Assembly: GCA_051313645.2 (NCBI GenBank) | Contig: JBNRSN020000011.1 | Span: 166,966,001-167,030,000 of the forward strand | DNA: 64,000 nt | Source: Centroscyllium fabricii | Lineage: Eukaryota | Direction: 5' to 3' | The notes under the pieces: generated by a model | What the model was told of the DNA's origin: nothing | Databases searched by the model: none | The model's input: the letters and a program-made list of their open reading frames with translations, nothing else | Made by a program: the position numbers and the translations under genes | Shown: piece after piece, positions 47,390 to 58,376 of the stretch | Layout: each line of letters starts with the position of its first letter | Position numbering within the stretch: the first letter of the stretch is position 1

Positions 47390-47974
47390 ATTCAGTTGTA
47401 CAGGGCCTTGGTGAGACCACACCTTGAGTACTGTGTACAGTTTTGGTCTCCTTATCTAAGGAAGGACATTCTTGCCATGGAGGGAGAGCAGAGGAGATTC
47501 ACCAGGCTGATACCTGGGATGGCAGGATTGACGTATGAGGAGAGACTGGGTAGACTGGGTTTGTACTCTCTGGAGTATAGAAGATTGAGAGGGGATCTCA
47601 TCGAAACGTATAAAATTCTAACTGGTCTGGACAAACTTGATGCAGGAAGAATGTTCCCGATGGTCGGAGAGTCCAGAACCAGGGGTCATAGTCTAAGGAT
47701 AAGGGGTAACTCATTTAGGACAGAGATGAGGAGGAATTTCTTCACCCAGAGAGTGGTGAACCTGTGGAATTCTCTACCACAGAGGGCGGTGGAGGCTAGT
47801 TCATTGAATATATTCAAGAAGGAGCTGGATGTTTTTCTTAAGGCTAGAGGGATCAAGGGATACAGGGAGAAGGCAGGGACAGGGTACTGAGTTTGGATGA
47901 TCAGCCATGATCTCATTGAATGGCGGAGCAGGCTCGAGGGGCCGAATGGCCCACTCCTGCTCCTATCTTCTAGG
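47390..47974 (+). mobile_element. CR1 3' fragment
   Basis: LVRPHLEYCVQFWSP...FFTQRVVNLWNSLP. Confidence 0.9.
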
Positions 47975-48718
47975 TGTAGCCCTGTGAGTGATTGGGCTGT
48001 TAATCTAGCAGGCTCTAGGACCTGGGAGGCACAGCCATAAACAGCAGAGAGCTGCAGTTGCTGATTTTTGAGACAACAGGGGTTGCAAAGTGGGGTCACA
48101 TGACCCCAAAAAGAGCGTGAAAATCGGGGGAGGGGCCAGAAAAACCAGTTTGAGCCGGGTTGGAAGAAGAAAGAGAGAGACGATGAGAGCCTGAGAAGAG
48201 AAAGGAGGAAAGGAGCAGAGCTAGAAGTCAGAGCTGCAGTCTTCGAATAGGAGGCTGTGTTGGGCTCAGCATTCTTCCTGGAACTACTATACCAGATAGC
48301 ATTCTGAGTGACCTGGAGACAGCTCAGAATTCCTCTGGCTACGCTGGATTTACTCAACCCTTCGTGAGAGGCTTTTACAGAGTCTGCAAGCAACGAAACA
48401 GGCCTGCTACACTTTTTCATTTTGTAAATTTAATCTGCCGGCTTAGAGTATTGTTGTTTATTTTACCTTACAATAAAATTTACAAGTTACTGTTTTAATT
48501 GTTAAAATAGTTTCTGAGTGTAATTCGTTGTAGAGGTCAATATTTAGTCTTGAATATACAAGACTGGGGAGTGTTTGTTCATTGTGTTCAGATCTACTGG
48601 AGTTGTAGTTATAAGGGACCCAGGATTCACTTACGAAAGGTTACGTGAAAAGATATGAGATAGAGTTAAAGAACTCAGGGCCCCCTCAAATCACTGGGAA
48701 CGGATTGACTGGGCTACA
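47975..48718 (+). mobile_element. solo LTR (744 bp, Gypsy-like)
   Basis: TGTAGCCC...GGGCTACA 8-bp inverted ends, flanks TAGG/TATG, AATAAA at about 48472. Confidence 0.8.
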
Positions 48719-48769
48719 TATGTTTCTATGTAAATGGCATTAGGTCGGCTTTATAAAGTGCCCAGGATC

Positions 48770-49163
48770 GAGGCACAGTGGCACAGTGGTTAGCACTGCT
48801 GTCTCACAGCACTGGAGACCCAGGTTCAAATCCAGCCTCAGGTACTATCTGTGTGGAGTTTGCACATTCTCCCCGTGTCTGCGTGGGTTTCCTCCGGGCG
48901 CTCCGGTTTCCTCCCACAGTCCAAAGATGTGCGGGTTAGGTTGATTGGCCAGGATAAATTGACCCTTAGTGTTAGGGGGATTAAATATGTGGGGTTACGG
49001 GGATAGGGTGGGATATGTGTCAATGCAGGCTCGATAGGGATCGAGGGATATGGGGAGAGGGCAGGGGCGGGGTGCTGGGTTTGGATGATCAGCCATGATC
49101 TCATTGAATGGCGGAGCAGGCTCGAAGGGCCGAATAGCCTACTCCTGCTCCTAGTTTCTATGT
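48770..49163 (+). mobile_element. HE1-like SINE with CR1-type tail
   Basis: tRNA head, body and tail. Confidence 0.9.
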
Positions 49164-49445
49164 TACGATGAACTGAGTCCCTGAGCACTTTGTAATTCAC
49201 GTTTGACACCACACTGGATTTACACTGCATGCAGTGTCAACCAAAGAGCGAGGCTACCCCCTCCAGGGAGTTTAACCTACTTCATTTTAGAGTCAAATGG
49301 GTCACTCGCGCACACTGCCAGAGTAGCACTGCTGCAAAGCCAGAATTGATTTCCACCAACGCTAAACTGGGGACTGTAAAAGAACTGGTAGGTGAGGAGC
49401 TAACAAAATGTTCTGAAATGCGATTAAAAATTGTTGAGACGTTAC

Positions 49446-49546
49446 CGAGAAAGAACTTCTAACGTCATCTGTGCTGTGTGTTTCTCTTCGCTCAAAGACT
49501 CCACCTTTTCCACAGAGGATTTCAATCGAAAGCTTTGTTCGTCAGC
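49446..49546 (-). pseudogene. odf2l: odf2l exon (101 nt, phase 0-2)
   Basis: TTACAG|ADEQSFRLKSSVEKVESLSEEKHTAQMTLEVLS(R)|GTAAC; phase joins the exon at 43435. Confidence 0.75.
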
Positions 49547-49700
49547 CTGTAACATCAGCATAATTATGGCACTTCTACAAAATAATCCATTTGGTTGAAA
49601 GACACAAACTATTGTCAACATTACCAGTAAATAAAGAGGAACTACAGGGTAGTAAATAACCCTGTTCCTGGGACTAGGGACAGGGCCACTGGCAAGGCTT

Positions 49701-49958
49701 AGAAGCTAAGCAGAGCCAGGCCTGGTTAGTACTTGGATGGGTGACCACCAGGGAATGCCAGGTGCAGAAGGATCACGAAAGGAGCCCCGGGGAGGGGCGG
49801 TTGGCTGAAGATTGTCGGAATGATGGAAAGATGGAATGGCGGCACGCACAGACGCAGCGGCTTTGCTGGACTCTTGGGAGCTTGCAAGATCACATTTTGT
49901 TGTTCATGTACTTGTACATTGTATAATGACAATAAAAGTTGAATTATTATTATTATTA
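49701..49958 (+). mobile_element. 5S rRNA-derived SINE (SINE3-like), 5'-truncated
   Basis: GAAGCTAAGCAG...CCTGGTTAGTACTTGGATGGG...GGGAATGCCAGGTGC is the 5S internal control region and 3' half; then unique body and ATGACAATAAAAGTTGAA(TTA)n. Confidence 0.7.
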
Positions 49959-50219
49959 ATAAACAAGGCCAACCGAGGACATATATAGTGAAAATGATTA
50001 GAACGAGCAAGCTCTGCATTATACCATTGCACAAGGGAAACATCAATACAGCGTGATAGGAGTTAGGAGGGCCTGTGCACTTTAAAGTCAAACGGCCACG
50101 AAAAATCCATACACAATGCTTAGCATGTTGTTTCCAGGACCTTGCAGATTACTACACACTGTCCGATACACAGCAATATTGAACAGTGCCATGTCCAAGA
50201 CTCCAGGAAAAATTATCAT

Positions 50220-50610
50220 ATACAGAAACACAGAAGATAGGAGTAGGCCATTCAGCCCGTCGAGCCTGCTCCACCATTCAATGAGATCATGGCTGATCAT
50301 CCAAACCCAGTACCCTGTCCCTGCCTTATCCCCATATCCCTATCGAGCCTGCACCGACACATATCCCACCCTATCCCCGTAACCCACATACTTAATCCCC
50401 CTAACAGTAAGGGTCAATTTATCATGGCCAATCAACCTAACCCGCACATCTTTGGACTGTGGGAGGAAACCGGAGCACCCGGAGGAAACCCACGCAGACA
50501 CGGGGAAAATGTGCAAACTCCACACAGATAGTACCCGAGGCTGGATTTGAACCCAGGTCTCTAGTGCTGTAAGGCAACAGTGCTAACCACTATGCTACCG
50601 TGACGCCCCA
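50220..50610 (-). mobile_element. HE1-like SINE with CR1-type tail
   Basis: reverse copy of the SINE. Confidence 0.9.
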
Positions 50611-50729
50611 TATATAAAAGGTTGCAGGTGGGAAAGGCTGGGCACAGGCAGCATCAGGGGTGCACCCAACTGATTACAGCGTGCTACTTCCCTTCTCCCA
50701 ATTAATGACATTTGCCTTAACTCGAGCAC

Positions 50730-50888
50730 CTTCATCTGCAGCTCAATCAGTGTTTTTGATAGACCAAAGAATCTTCTCCTGCGACACAGGAGCTTTTCCT
50801 CATATTCCGAAGCCTACGTTCAGCCACTTTCAGCAGCTCAGGAAAGGCCCCCAATTTCCTTCAAGTGTGGTCCCATCTGATCTTTCGC
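50730..50888 (-). pseudogene. odf2l: odf2l exon (159 nt) with +1 and -1 indels and an in-frame TGA
   Basis: reconstructs to AKDQMGPHLKE-LGAFPELLKVAERRL-EYEEKLLC...LIELQMK (ODF2L: QMESHLKEL...AAERRLHEC). Confidence 0.8.
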
Positions 50889-50961
50889 CTGCACCGTGAT
50901 AGTAACAGCGGTGGGGTGGGGTGGGGTGAGGAGGGTGGTGGAAAGAGGGCAAAAGGTAGAT

Positions 50962-51242
50962 GAACATAAGAACATAAGAAATAAGAGCAGGAGTAGGCCA
51001 ATCGGCCCCTCGAGCCTGCTCCGCCATTTAACAAGATCATGGCTGATCTGATCCTAACCTCAATTTTATTTTTACTCTCCATCCCGCCCAAACCCATGAG
51101 ATCTCCTGGGAGAGGCGAAAAACCAGATTAAAAACCCAGTGGCCAATTTGGGAGAAAAAATCTGGGAAATTCCTCTCCGACCCATCTAGGCGATCGAAAA
51201 CGGGTCCAGGAGATCAAATGGCCGATCTGAACCTAGCCTCAC
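50962..51242 (-). mobile_element. CR1 3' UTR fragment with structured insert
   Basis: near-identical to 29530-29808. Confidence 0.85.
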
Positions 51243-51849
51243 AGATGAAAAATAACCTGTTAAAACTAGAGAACCTGTGTTGATGACTCTAATGGGTTCA
51301 CCGTTATGCAACACTTCATATGGACACATCGACAATATTATTCCCCCTTGGAGAAACAGACATTAGTAAATGCCAATGCCAAATCTTTAAGAAAAAAGCA
51401 GTTATTTCATGCTGCTTTCTGCTGATCTTGATTACATGGTTCCCAAGGGAAGGAGTCAGGATTTACAAGGAGCTGCCAATCTACAAGCAGTAAGAAACCA
51501 ACTAATCGTTCCCTTATGCTGAGTCTCTCGCGAAGGGGCAGCATTGCTGTTTAATTGTTATTTTTAGTCGGACAAACTTCCGTCAAAATCAGTCATTGAT
51601 GTCAGAACGAGTCTAATTGGAGCACTGCCCCACAGAGAGTAATTAAGGAAGATCAGATTTGGGCTCAGAATGTGTCAGTTTAAAGGGACAGGCTAGCTTA
51701 AACACAGTTTAGATAGCTCTCCTCAAGGCAGTCCCTTTTGGAAAGGGCTATCAAGGCATAAAGAACCACCTCTTTATTCAATAAATTGTGCATTAAATGG
51801 TATAACACTTTGTCATAAAACAGTGAATCCTTTGACTTATTAGCAGCTT

Positions 51850-52517
51850 AACTAAGACCGCCTATTTCCACCTCCGTAACATCGCCCGTCTCCACCCCTG
51901 CCTCAGCTGAAACCCTCATCCATGTCTTTGTTACCTCTAGACTCCAACACACTCCCGGCTGGCCTCCCACATTCTACCCTATGTAAAGTTATGGTCATCC
52001 AAACCTCGGCTGCCCGTGTCCTAACTCGCACCAAGTCCCGTTCAATCATCACCCCTGTGCTCGCTGACCTTACATTGGCTCCCGGTTAAGCAACGCCTCG
52101 ATTTCAAAATTCTCATCCTTGTTTTCAAATCCCTCCATGGCCTCGCCCCTCCCTATCTCTGTAATCTCCTTCAGCCCCACAACTCCGCTCCCCCCACCGA
52201 GATATCTGCGCTCCTCTAATTCTCCCCTCTTGGCATCCCTGATCATAATCGCTCTACCATTGGTGGCCGTGCCTTCTGTTGCCTAGGCCCTAAGCTCTGG
52301 AATTCCCTGCCGAAACCTCTCCGACTCACTACCTCTCTTTCCTCCTTTAAGACGCTCCTTAAAACCTACCTCTTTGACCAAGCTTTTGGACACCTGCCCT
52401 AATTTCTCCTTATGTGGCTTGGTGTCAATTTTTTTGTCTTATAACACTCCCGTGAAGCGCCTTGGGATGTTTTACTATGTTAAAGGTGCTATATAAATTC
52501 AAGTTGTTGTTGTTATT
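51850..52517 (+). mobile_element. L2 LINE 3' fragment
   Basis: TKTAYFHLRNIARL, LHWLPVKQRLDFKIL, KLWNSLP; (GTT)n tail. Confidence 0.85.
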
Positions 52518-52904
52518 GTGAGCAATAATTCATTGAATCAAAGATTCATTAGATGTTAACATTTAAAAAAAATGTTCAGATAGAACTTGTTTTTTAAAAC
52601 TTGGTGTACAGCAACCTAACCCCATTAATTTACTGCTTTTGCTACATTTTAAAAAGGACACAAACGTTAAAGAGAATAAATACTGGTTTCTGCACGAATT
52701 AACTTACGCGTCACTAAAAGAAAAACATTCTCACAGCAGTTCTACGCTATTCCACTCGCTTCACTGTTGAAAAACAAATTCAATAGAATAGTTATATACA
52801 GAATGATACAGCACAGAAGGAGGCCGTTCAGCCCATCGTGCCTGTGCTGGAAAGAGCTCTCTAATTAGTCCCACTCTTCTGCAATTCCCTTTAGAAAGTT
52901 ACTA

Positions 52905-53580
52905 CAGGTTGTGCACCGAAAATCCGTGACCCGAAACGCCGGCAGCTTCAGTCTGCCGGCACTAATTGCCCCGACTGCACTGCGCATGCGCAAGATGGCA
53001 GCCACCATCGCGGCTTCGGCGAATGATCTGCGCATGCGCTAGCCGTCCGGCGAGCGCATGCGCAGATCATTCAAAATGGCTGCCGGGTGTTTTGAATGAT
53101 CTGCGCATGCGTCGCCGGACGGCTAGCGCATGCGCAGATCATTCAAAACGGCCGCCGGGCCTTCCGTGGCGTCAGGGCGAAAATAAAACTGGAAGCGCAC
53201 GGTTCCCGGCGAGCAGGCTGGCCCTGTGCGGGAGCCGGGAATCGGAATGTTGAGCGGAGTTCCTTACCCGGCTTTGCTGCTGCTGGAGTCAGTGGATGAG
53301 CGGCTGGCTGAGTGAGTGAACAGCTCCGGCTCGTGTCTCGGCAGTACTAGCATATCCAGTGAGCACTCACTCTAAAAATAGCTCCTCTCCCCCTGCACCA
53401 AACCGCACATACACATGGCCCCACTCAGCCCCCTCTTTTGAACTTTTCCTGCATCGTTCGGCGGCCATTTCCAATTGAATGGTGCGTGCATGCGCATTGT
53501 CCAACTTCATTCTCCTGTTTTTTTCAGTTTCCCGGCACGGGCCTGGTCCCGCCCGTGGCGGATTAATGGTGCACAACCTG
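52905..53580. mobile_element. pogo-like MITE with GCGCATGCGC repeats
   Basis: TIR CAGGTTGTGCACC/GGTGCACAACCTG with TA flanks. Confidence 0.85.
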
Positions 53581-53778
53581 TATTGAATTATTTCAGGAAG
53601 TGCATTCCAGATCGTAACAACTTGCTGCATAAAAAAGATTATAAAAGTAAATGAGCCATTTTAGTGACATTGTACTGCATAGTGCAATGTTATTTTCGGT
53701 CACGTAAAGGAACATTCTTGAGAAGGCACTTGCATCTTATGGTCCACCGGATTATAATGGAAGGCTCACCAATATAAT

Positions 53779-54521
53779 GGCCCAAAAATGAGCCTCGGAG
53801 CCTTCCTGCGAGTGTAAGCCTCCAAGGTCCACTTGCCCTGCGCTCCTGCCGTTCTGCAATTCTGGGATGTGAAATCCCGAGTTGTAAAGCTGCTGCAAGC
53901 TCCAAGCACCGTTCTGGTGTAACTCAACGTCGTAGTTAGTGGGAGATCTCGCGCGGGACCACGTGATCTGCAGGGAGCCAATGAATGGAAGCAATCCTCC
54001 ATTCATAACTTACACGGAGAAATCTGTGTAAGTTATGAAAAGGAAGAGCTTCAAAAACACATCTAAACACAAAAATAAAATTTAAGAAACACCACATTTT
54101 TAAACAATACTTTAACCAATATAAATTACCTATTTTAAAGAAAAAAGAAAAATTTAGAAACAAAAATTAAAGTTTTTAACTGGCCTAAAAAAATACTTAC
54201 CTGTCTTTAAAGTTTAAAAAAAGTAAAAACCTGTTAAAAAATACTTAAATTATATAAAATCAAACACTTACCTGATAAAAAGGGGTTGTTACGGCTGATA
54301 TTTTTCAGCGTAAAATCTTCAATACTTACCCCGATAGAAAACTCTGAAAAAAATCAGAATCCTCCTGGTGCGCAGATGAATGCGATACAGCTCGCGATCC
54401 CCCACTGGCCGTCTTCGGAATTACAGGTAGCACCGGGAAACGGCCGCTACCCGCAACTCGGAGCCCGTGTACGTGAGTACCCGGCTCCAAAACCTCCCGC
54501 GGTCACCCTAATTTTTGGGCC
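53779..54521. mobile_element. PIF/Harbinger MITE
   Basis: TIR GGCCCAAAAAT/ATTTTTGGGCC, TSD AAT. Confidence 0.8.
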
Positions 54522-54594
54522 AATGTCTTTGAAGTTAAACATTACATTTTTTTAAAATCACATAGAACCCCATGAAAAATATAGTTGAACGTAC

Positions 54595-54699
54595 CTTCTC
54601 CGTTTCCGTATCTCTTGTACTTCTTATCCGGCTATTTTCTTCTGCAGCCTTTCCAAGACCAGCCTTCACTTCATCAGCTGCTGTCTGTAATAACTGGAC
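54595..54699 (-). pseudogene. odf2l: odf2l exon (105 nt) with AA in place of the acceptor AG
   Basis: VQLLQTAADEVKAGLGKAAEENSRIRSTRDTETEK|GTACG, 35 codons, aligns to ODF2L VEKLQEAAEIVK...KNVEK. Confidence 0.7.
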
Positions 54700-54781
54700 T
54701 TATTGTTAGGAGTGACAAATTGAATTGTGCAGCAACGCCAGAGTACCGAGTGACAACTGCAACTTTTAAACAACATACTAT

Positions 54782-55786
54782 GGGGGGAAAATCCGGTATC
54801 GCCCCGTTTGGGGCGCTATAGTCGGCGCAGCGCTAAATGTAGCGCCTGGCACTAATTATCACCACCAACTGCAAACTTGGCTTTTATCGCCCCTGGAGGT
54901 GATTGGAGCGCTAAATCAGGCGCTACACGCCTCCCTTCAGGCGCTAAGGCCGAGGAGCGAAGCGTTACCTCAGAGCGCTGGCGAAGCTCATGTGATGTCA
55001 GTCAGCAATGGAACACAGACACACCGGCACCGTCCAATTCTTAAAGGAGAGTTCTGACGAATGGTCATCGACCTGAAACGTCAACTCTGTTTCTCTCTTC
55101 ACAGATGCTGCTTGACCTGCTGAGTTTCTCCAGCATTTTCTGTTTTTATCTTAAAGGGGAGGGTTGATTTTACTCTCCAGCCACATCCAGCTCATTGCAG
55201 CCTTGAATCTTGGCCTGGAGAGACAGGTACATCAAATCTGCTGGGAAGAACAATGGAGAGACCCAGGGAAAGAGCTGAGAGTGCAGCCCCCACATTCTCT
55301 TCTAAATCGATACAAGGAAGGGCAAATCAAAATGAACCTGCAAATTACTGCTCAGTCCCCAAAACTCGTTCACACAGCGTTGAATCTCTCCAGAAGTCTC
55401 TCTCTCACTCTCTCAGAATTCGAGGTGCAAAAATGTCATCAACAAAAAAAGGCAGGAAGCAGTCACCTTTGAATAGCGCTCATCCAGTCCTTTTCTGACT
55501 GCAGAACGCTCCCCTCAACCTGTCGTTGTTAGCGGCAGGCGGTAAAGGCAGGGAGCGCCACTCAATATCGGGTCCGGGGCGCTGCCGGGGCGTTGCGCAC
55601 TTGAATGACGTCACAATCTGCCGGTGCAGGAGATCGTGGCGCTAATGTTTTGCACCGCCGCCGAGCGCCTAGTCAATTTGCCGAGCGGCGCTAAACTCGC
55701 CGCACCCGGGCGCTAGTTGCTTCGTGCTCCCATTGGCGCCCTCCTAGGGTGCTAATGGGTGGTGCAACCAATCGAATTTTTGCCCC
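54782..55786. mobile_element. Harbinger-like MITE with nested Penelope hammerhead unit
   Basis: GGGGGAAAAT...ATTTTTGCCCC, TSD TAT. Confidence 0.7.
55048..55088 (+). ncRNA. minimal type I hammerhead ribozyme (Penelope-derived)
   Basis: stem I AGAGTT/AACTCT, CTGACGA box, stem II GGTC-ATC-GACC, GAAA, GTC cleavage triplet. Confidence 0.7.
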
Positions 55787-56021
55787 TATTTTTTTTAAAT
55801 ACCACAGATCCCAGAAGAATAACTCTGCCTGTTTACCAGAATAAGAGCAACTTCGAGAAAGTGAGAATAAATTATGGAGACCGAGAGGACACAATTTATA
55901 TCCTGTAATGTGCTGACCTCAGTATTCATAAGTAATAAAGTGTTATATTTCCCCCATTCCTTAATTTTAAACAGGAAAAGCACAATGCAGTGCTCCCCCC
56001 TTAAACTGATCTTCCCACTCT

Positions 56022-57243
56022 AATTTTTTTTAATATATTCATTGATAGGATGTGGGCGTCACTGGCTGGCTAGGCCTGCATTTAGTGCCCATCCCTAATT
56101 GCCCTTGAGAAGACGGTGGTGAGCCGCCTTCTTGAACCGCTGCAGTCCATATGGTGTAAGTACACCCACAATGTTGTTAGGAAGGGAGTTCCAGGATTTT
56201 GGCCCCGCGACAGTGAAGGAGCGGCGATACAGGTCCAAGTCAGGATGGTGTGTGGCTTGGAGGGGAACTTGTAGGTGGTGCTGTTCCCATGCATCTGCTG
56301 CCCTTGTCCTTCTAAGTGGTAGAGGTCGCGGGTTTGGAAGGTGCTGTTGAAGGAGCTTTGGCGAGTTGCTGCAGTGCATCTTGTAGATGGTACACACTGC
56401 AGCCACAGTGCGCCGGTGGTGGAGGGAGTGAATGTTGAAAGTGGTGGATGGAGTGCCAATCAAGCGGCCTGCTTTATCCTGAATGGTGTCGAGCTTCTTG
56501 AGTGTTGTTGGAGCTGCACTCATCCAGGCAAGTGGAGAGTATTCCATCACACTCCTGACTTGTGCCTTGTAGATGGTGGAAAGGCTTTGGGGAGTCAGGA
56601 GGTGAGACACTCGCCGCAGAATTCCCAGCCTCTGGCCTTCTCTTGTAGCCACAGTATTCATATGGTTGGTCCAGTTCAGTTTCCGATCAATGGTAACCCC
56701 TAGGATGTTGATAGTAGGGGATTCAGCAATGATAATGCCATTGAATGTCAAGGGGAGATGGTTAGAGTCTCACTTGTTGGAGATGGTCATTGCCTGGCAC
56801 TTGTGTGGTGCGAATGTTAATTGCCACTTGTCAGCCCAAGTCTGAATGTTGTCCAGGTCTTGCTGCATATGGACACGGACTGCGTCAGTATCTGACGAGT
56901 CTCGAATGGTGCTGAACAGTGTGCAATCATCAGTGAACATCCCCACTTCTGACCTTATGATGGAGGGAAGGTCATTGATGAAACAGCTGAAGATGGTTGG
57001 GCCTAGGACACTGCCCTGAGGAACTCCTGCAGTGATGTCCTGTAGTTGAGATGAATGACCTCCAACAACCACAGCCAACTTCCTATGTGCTAGGTATGAT
57101 TCCAACCAATGGAGAGCTTTCCCCTTGATTCCCATTGACTTCAGCTTTGCCAGGGCTCCTTGATGCCACACTCTATCAAATGCTGCCTTGATGTCAAGGG
57201 CAGTCACTCTCACCTCACCTCTTGAGTTCAGCTCTTTTGTCCA
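56022..57243 (-). mobile_element. CR1-group LINE 3' part (same family as 36019-38033)
   Basis: ALDIKAAFDRVWH, GVPQGS; high identity to 36810-38030. Confidence 0.92.
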
Positions 57244-57345
57244 ATTAGCTGCAAACTACTTCATAGGTGATGCAAAAGTGACAATGTAACTGCACCGTGC
57301 AGATCATTCTCTTCCATCATGTGACTTTTTTCCCTTTAACATACT

Positions 57346-58233
57346 GGGGTCAATTTTCCTCTGGCCTTGAGGCGGGTATATGGGCGGGCCTGCAACGAAA
57401 ATAGCAGAAAGGGGGGTCCGCGACCCCTCTCGCCGCTTTCCCGCCCGCTTGTCAATTTCACCCGGCGGGTCCAATCGGCCCGCCTCAGTCCCGCCTGGCA
57501 TGGACGGGGATGCTCGTTAGGCTCATTAGGGGCCCTTAATTGGCATCGGTAATGCCATTTTAAGGACCCCTTGCTACTTTGAGCCTCTTCCCACCCAGAA
57601 CCCACCTGGTGGTAACAACGCCGTTGAAAGTTGGCGGGCACCCAATCAGCTAGGTGACTGCCACCTTCAAGGCAAGGGTACGGCAGCCACACAGCAGCTT
57701 GCTAGCCTCCAACATGCTGGAGGTGTAAGTGGCACCCAAGGGTGCCAAACTTCAATGCCCAAAGACCTTAAAATCACTTACCTGCCAGCTGCATCCCACT
57801 CACTCACAGACATCGCGCTGCGAGCGGTGTCAGTGAAGCAAAGCAGCTCCGCTGTCAATCATCCAGTGGATCAGTTTCTGTTTACATTCCACTGAAACCA
57901 CAGAGACAGCCTACTTAAAGCTGTCACTCTTAGATTTGTGGTTTCATCTGTTGACATAGCATTATTACATCATAATGCCCTGAAACCACAGAAAGAGAAA
58001 CACCAAGCCTATCAGTACAGCTGCCAATCATCGATCCTGCTGCTGACACAGGTCGAAGCCCACCCAGCTTCTAGGTAAAATCCATCAATTGCCAGGATCT
58101 TCCCATACTCGGGGATTGAATTGGCCAATTATGCCAAAATTGCATGGGGATTACACACCCTTCAGAAAGTGGGAAGATAGAGTGATCAGTGGGGATCCCA
58201 CCCATTTCCCACACCTTCAGGAAAATCCTGCCC
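57346..58233. mobile_element. Harbinger-like MITE
   Basis: GGGGTCAATTTTCC...GGAAAATCCTGCCC, TSD ACT. Confidence 0.7.
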
Positions 58234-58376
58234 ACTATGTATCATATTCCAGTCAAATTTTAGCTTAAAGAAACTATTCACATTTTTCTTTGAAAATGTA
58301 TCCCTCTAGTACATTAACTCTATCACAGCATCTAATTGTACTTTGCATAACAACTTGTATTTATATAGCACCTTCA

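Noticed and set aside
49701-49765. Functional 5S rRNA gene
   Set aside because: 5' part missing, several substitutions and no T-run terminator; treated as a SINE head.
55803-55903. AG/GT-bounded candidate odf2l exon (DINCVLSVSIIYSH...)
   Set aside because: No similarity to ODF2/ODF2L and not coiled-coil.
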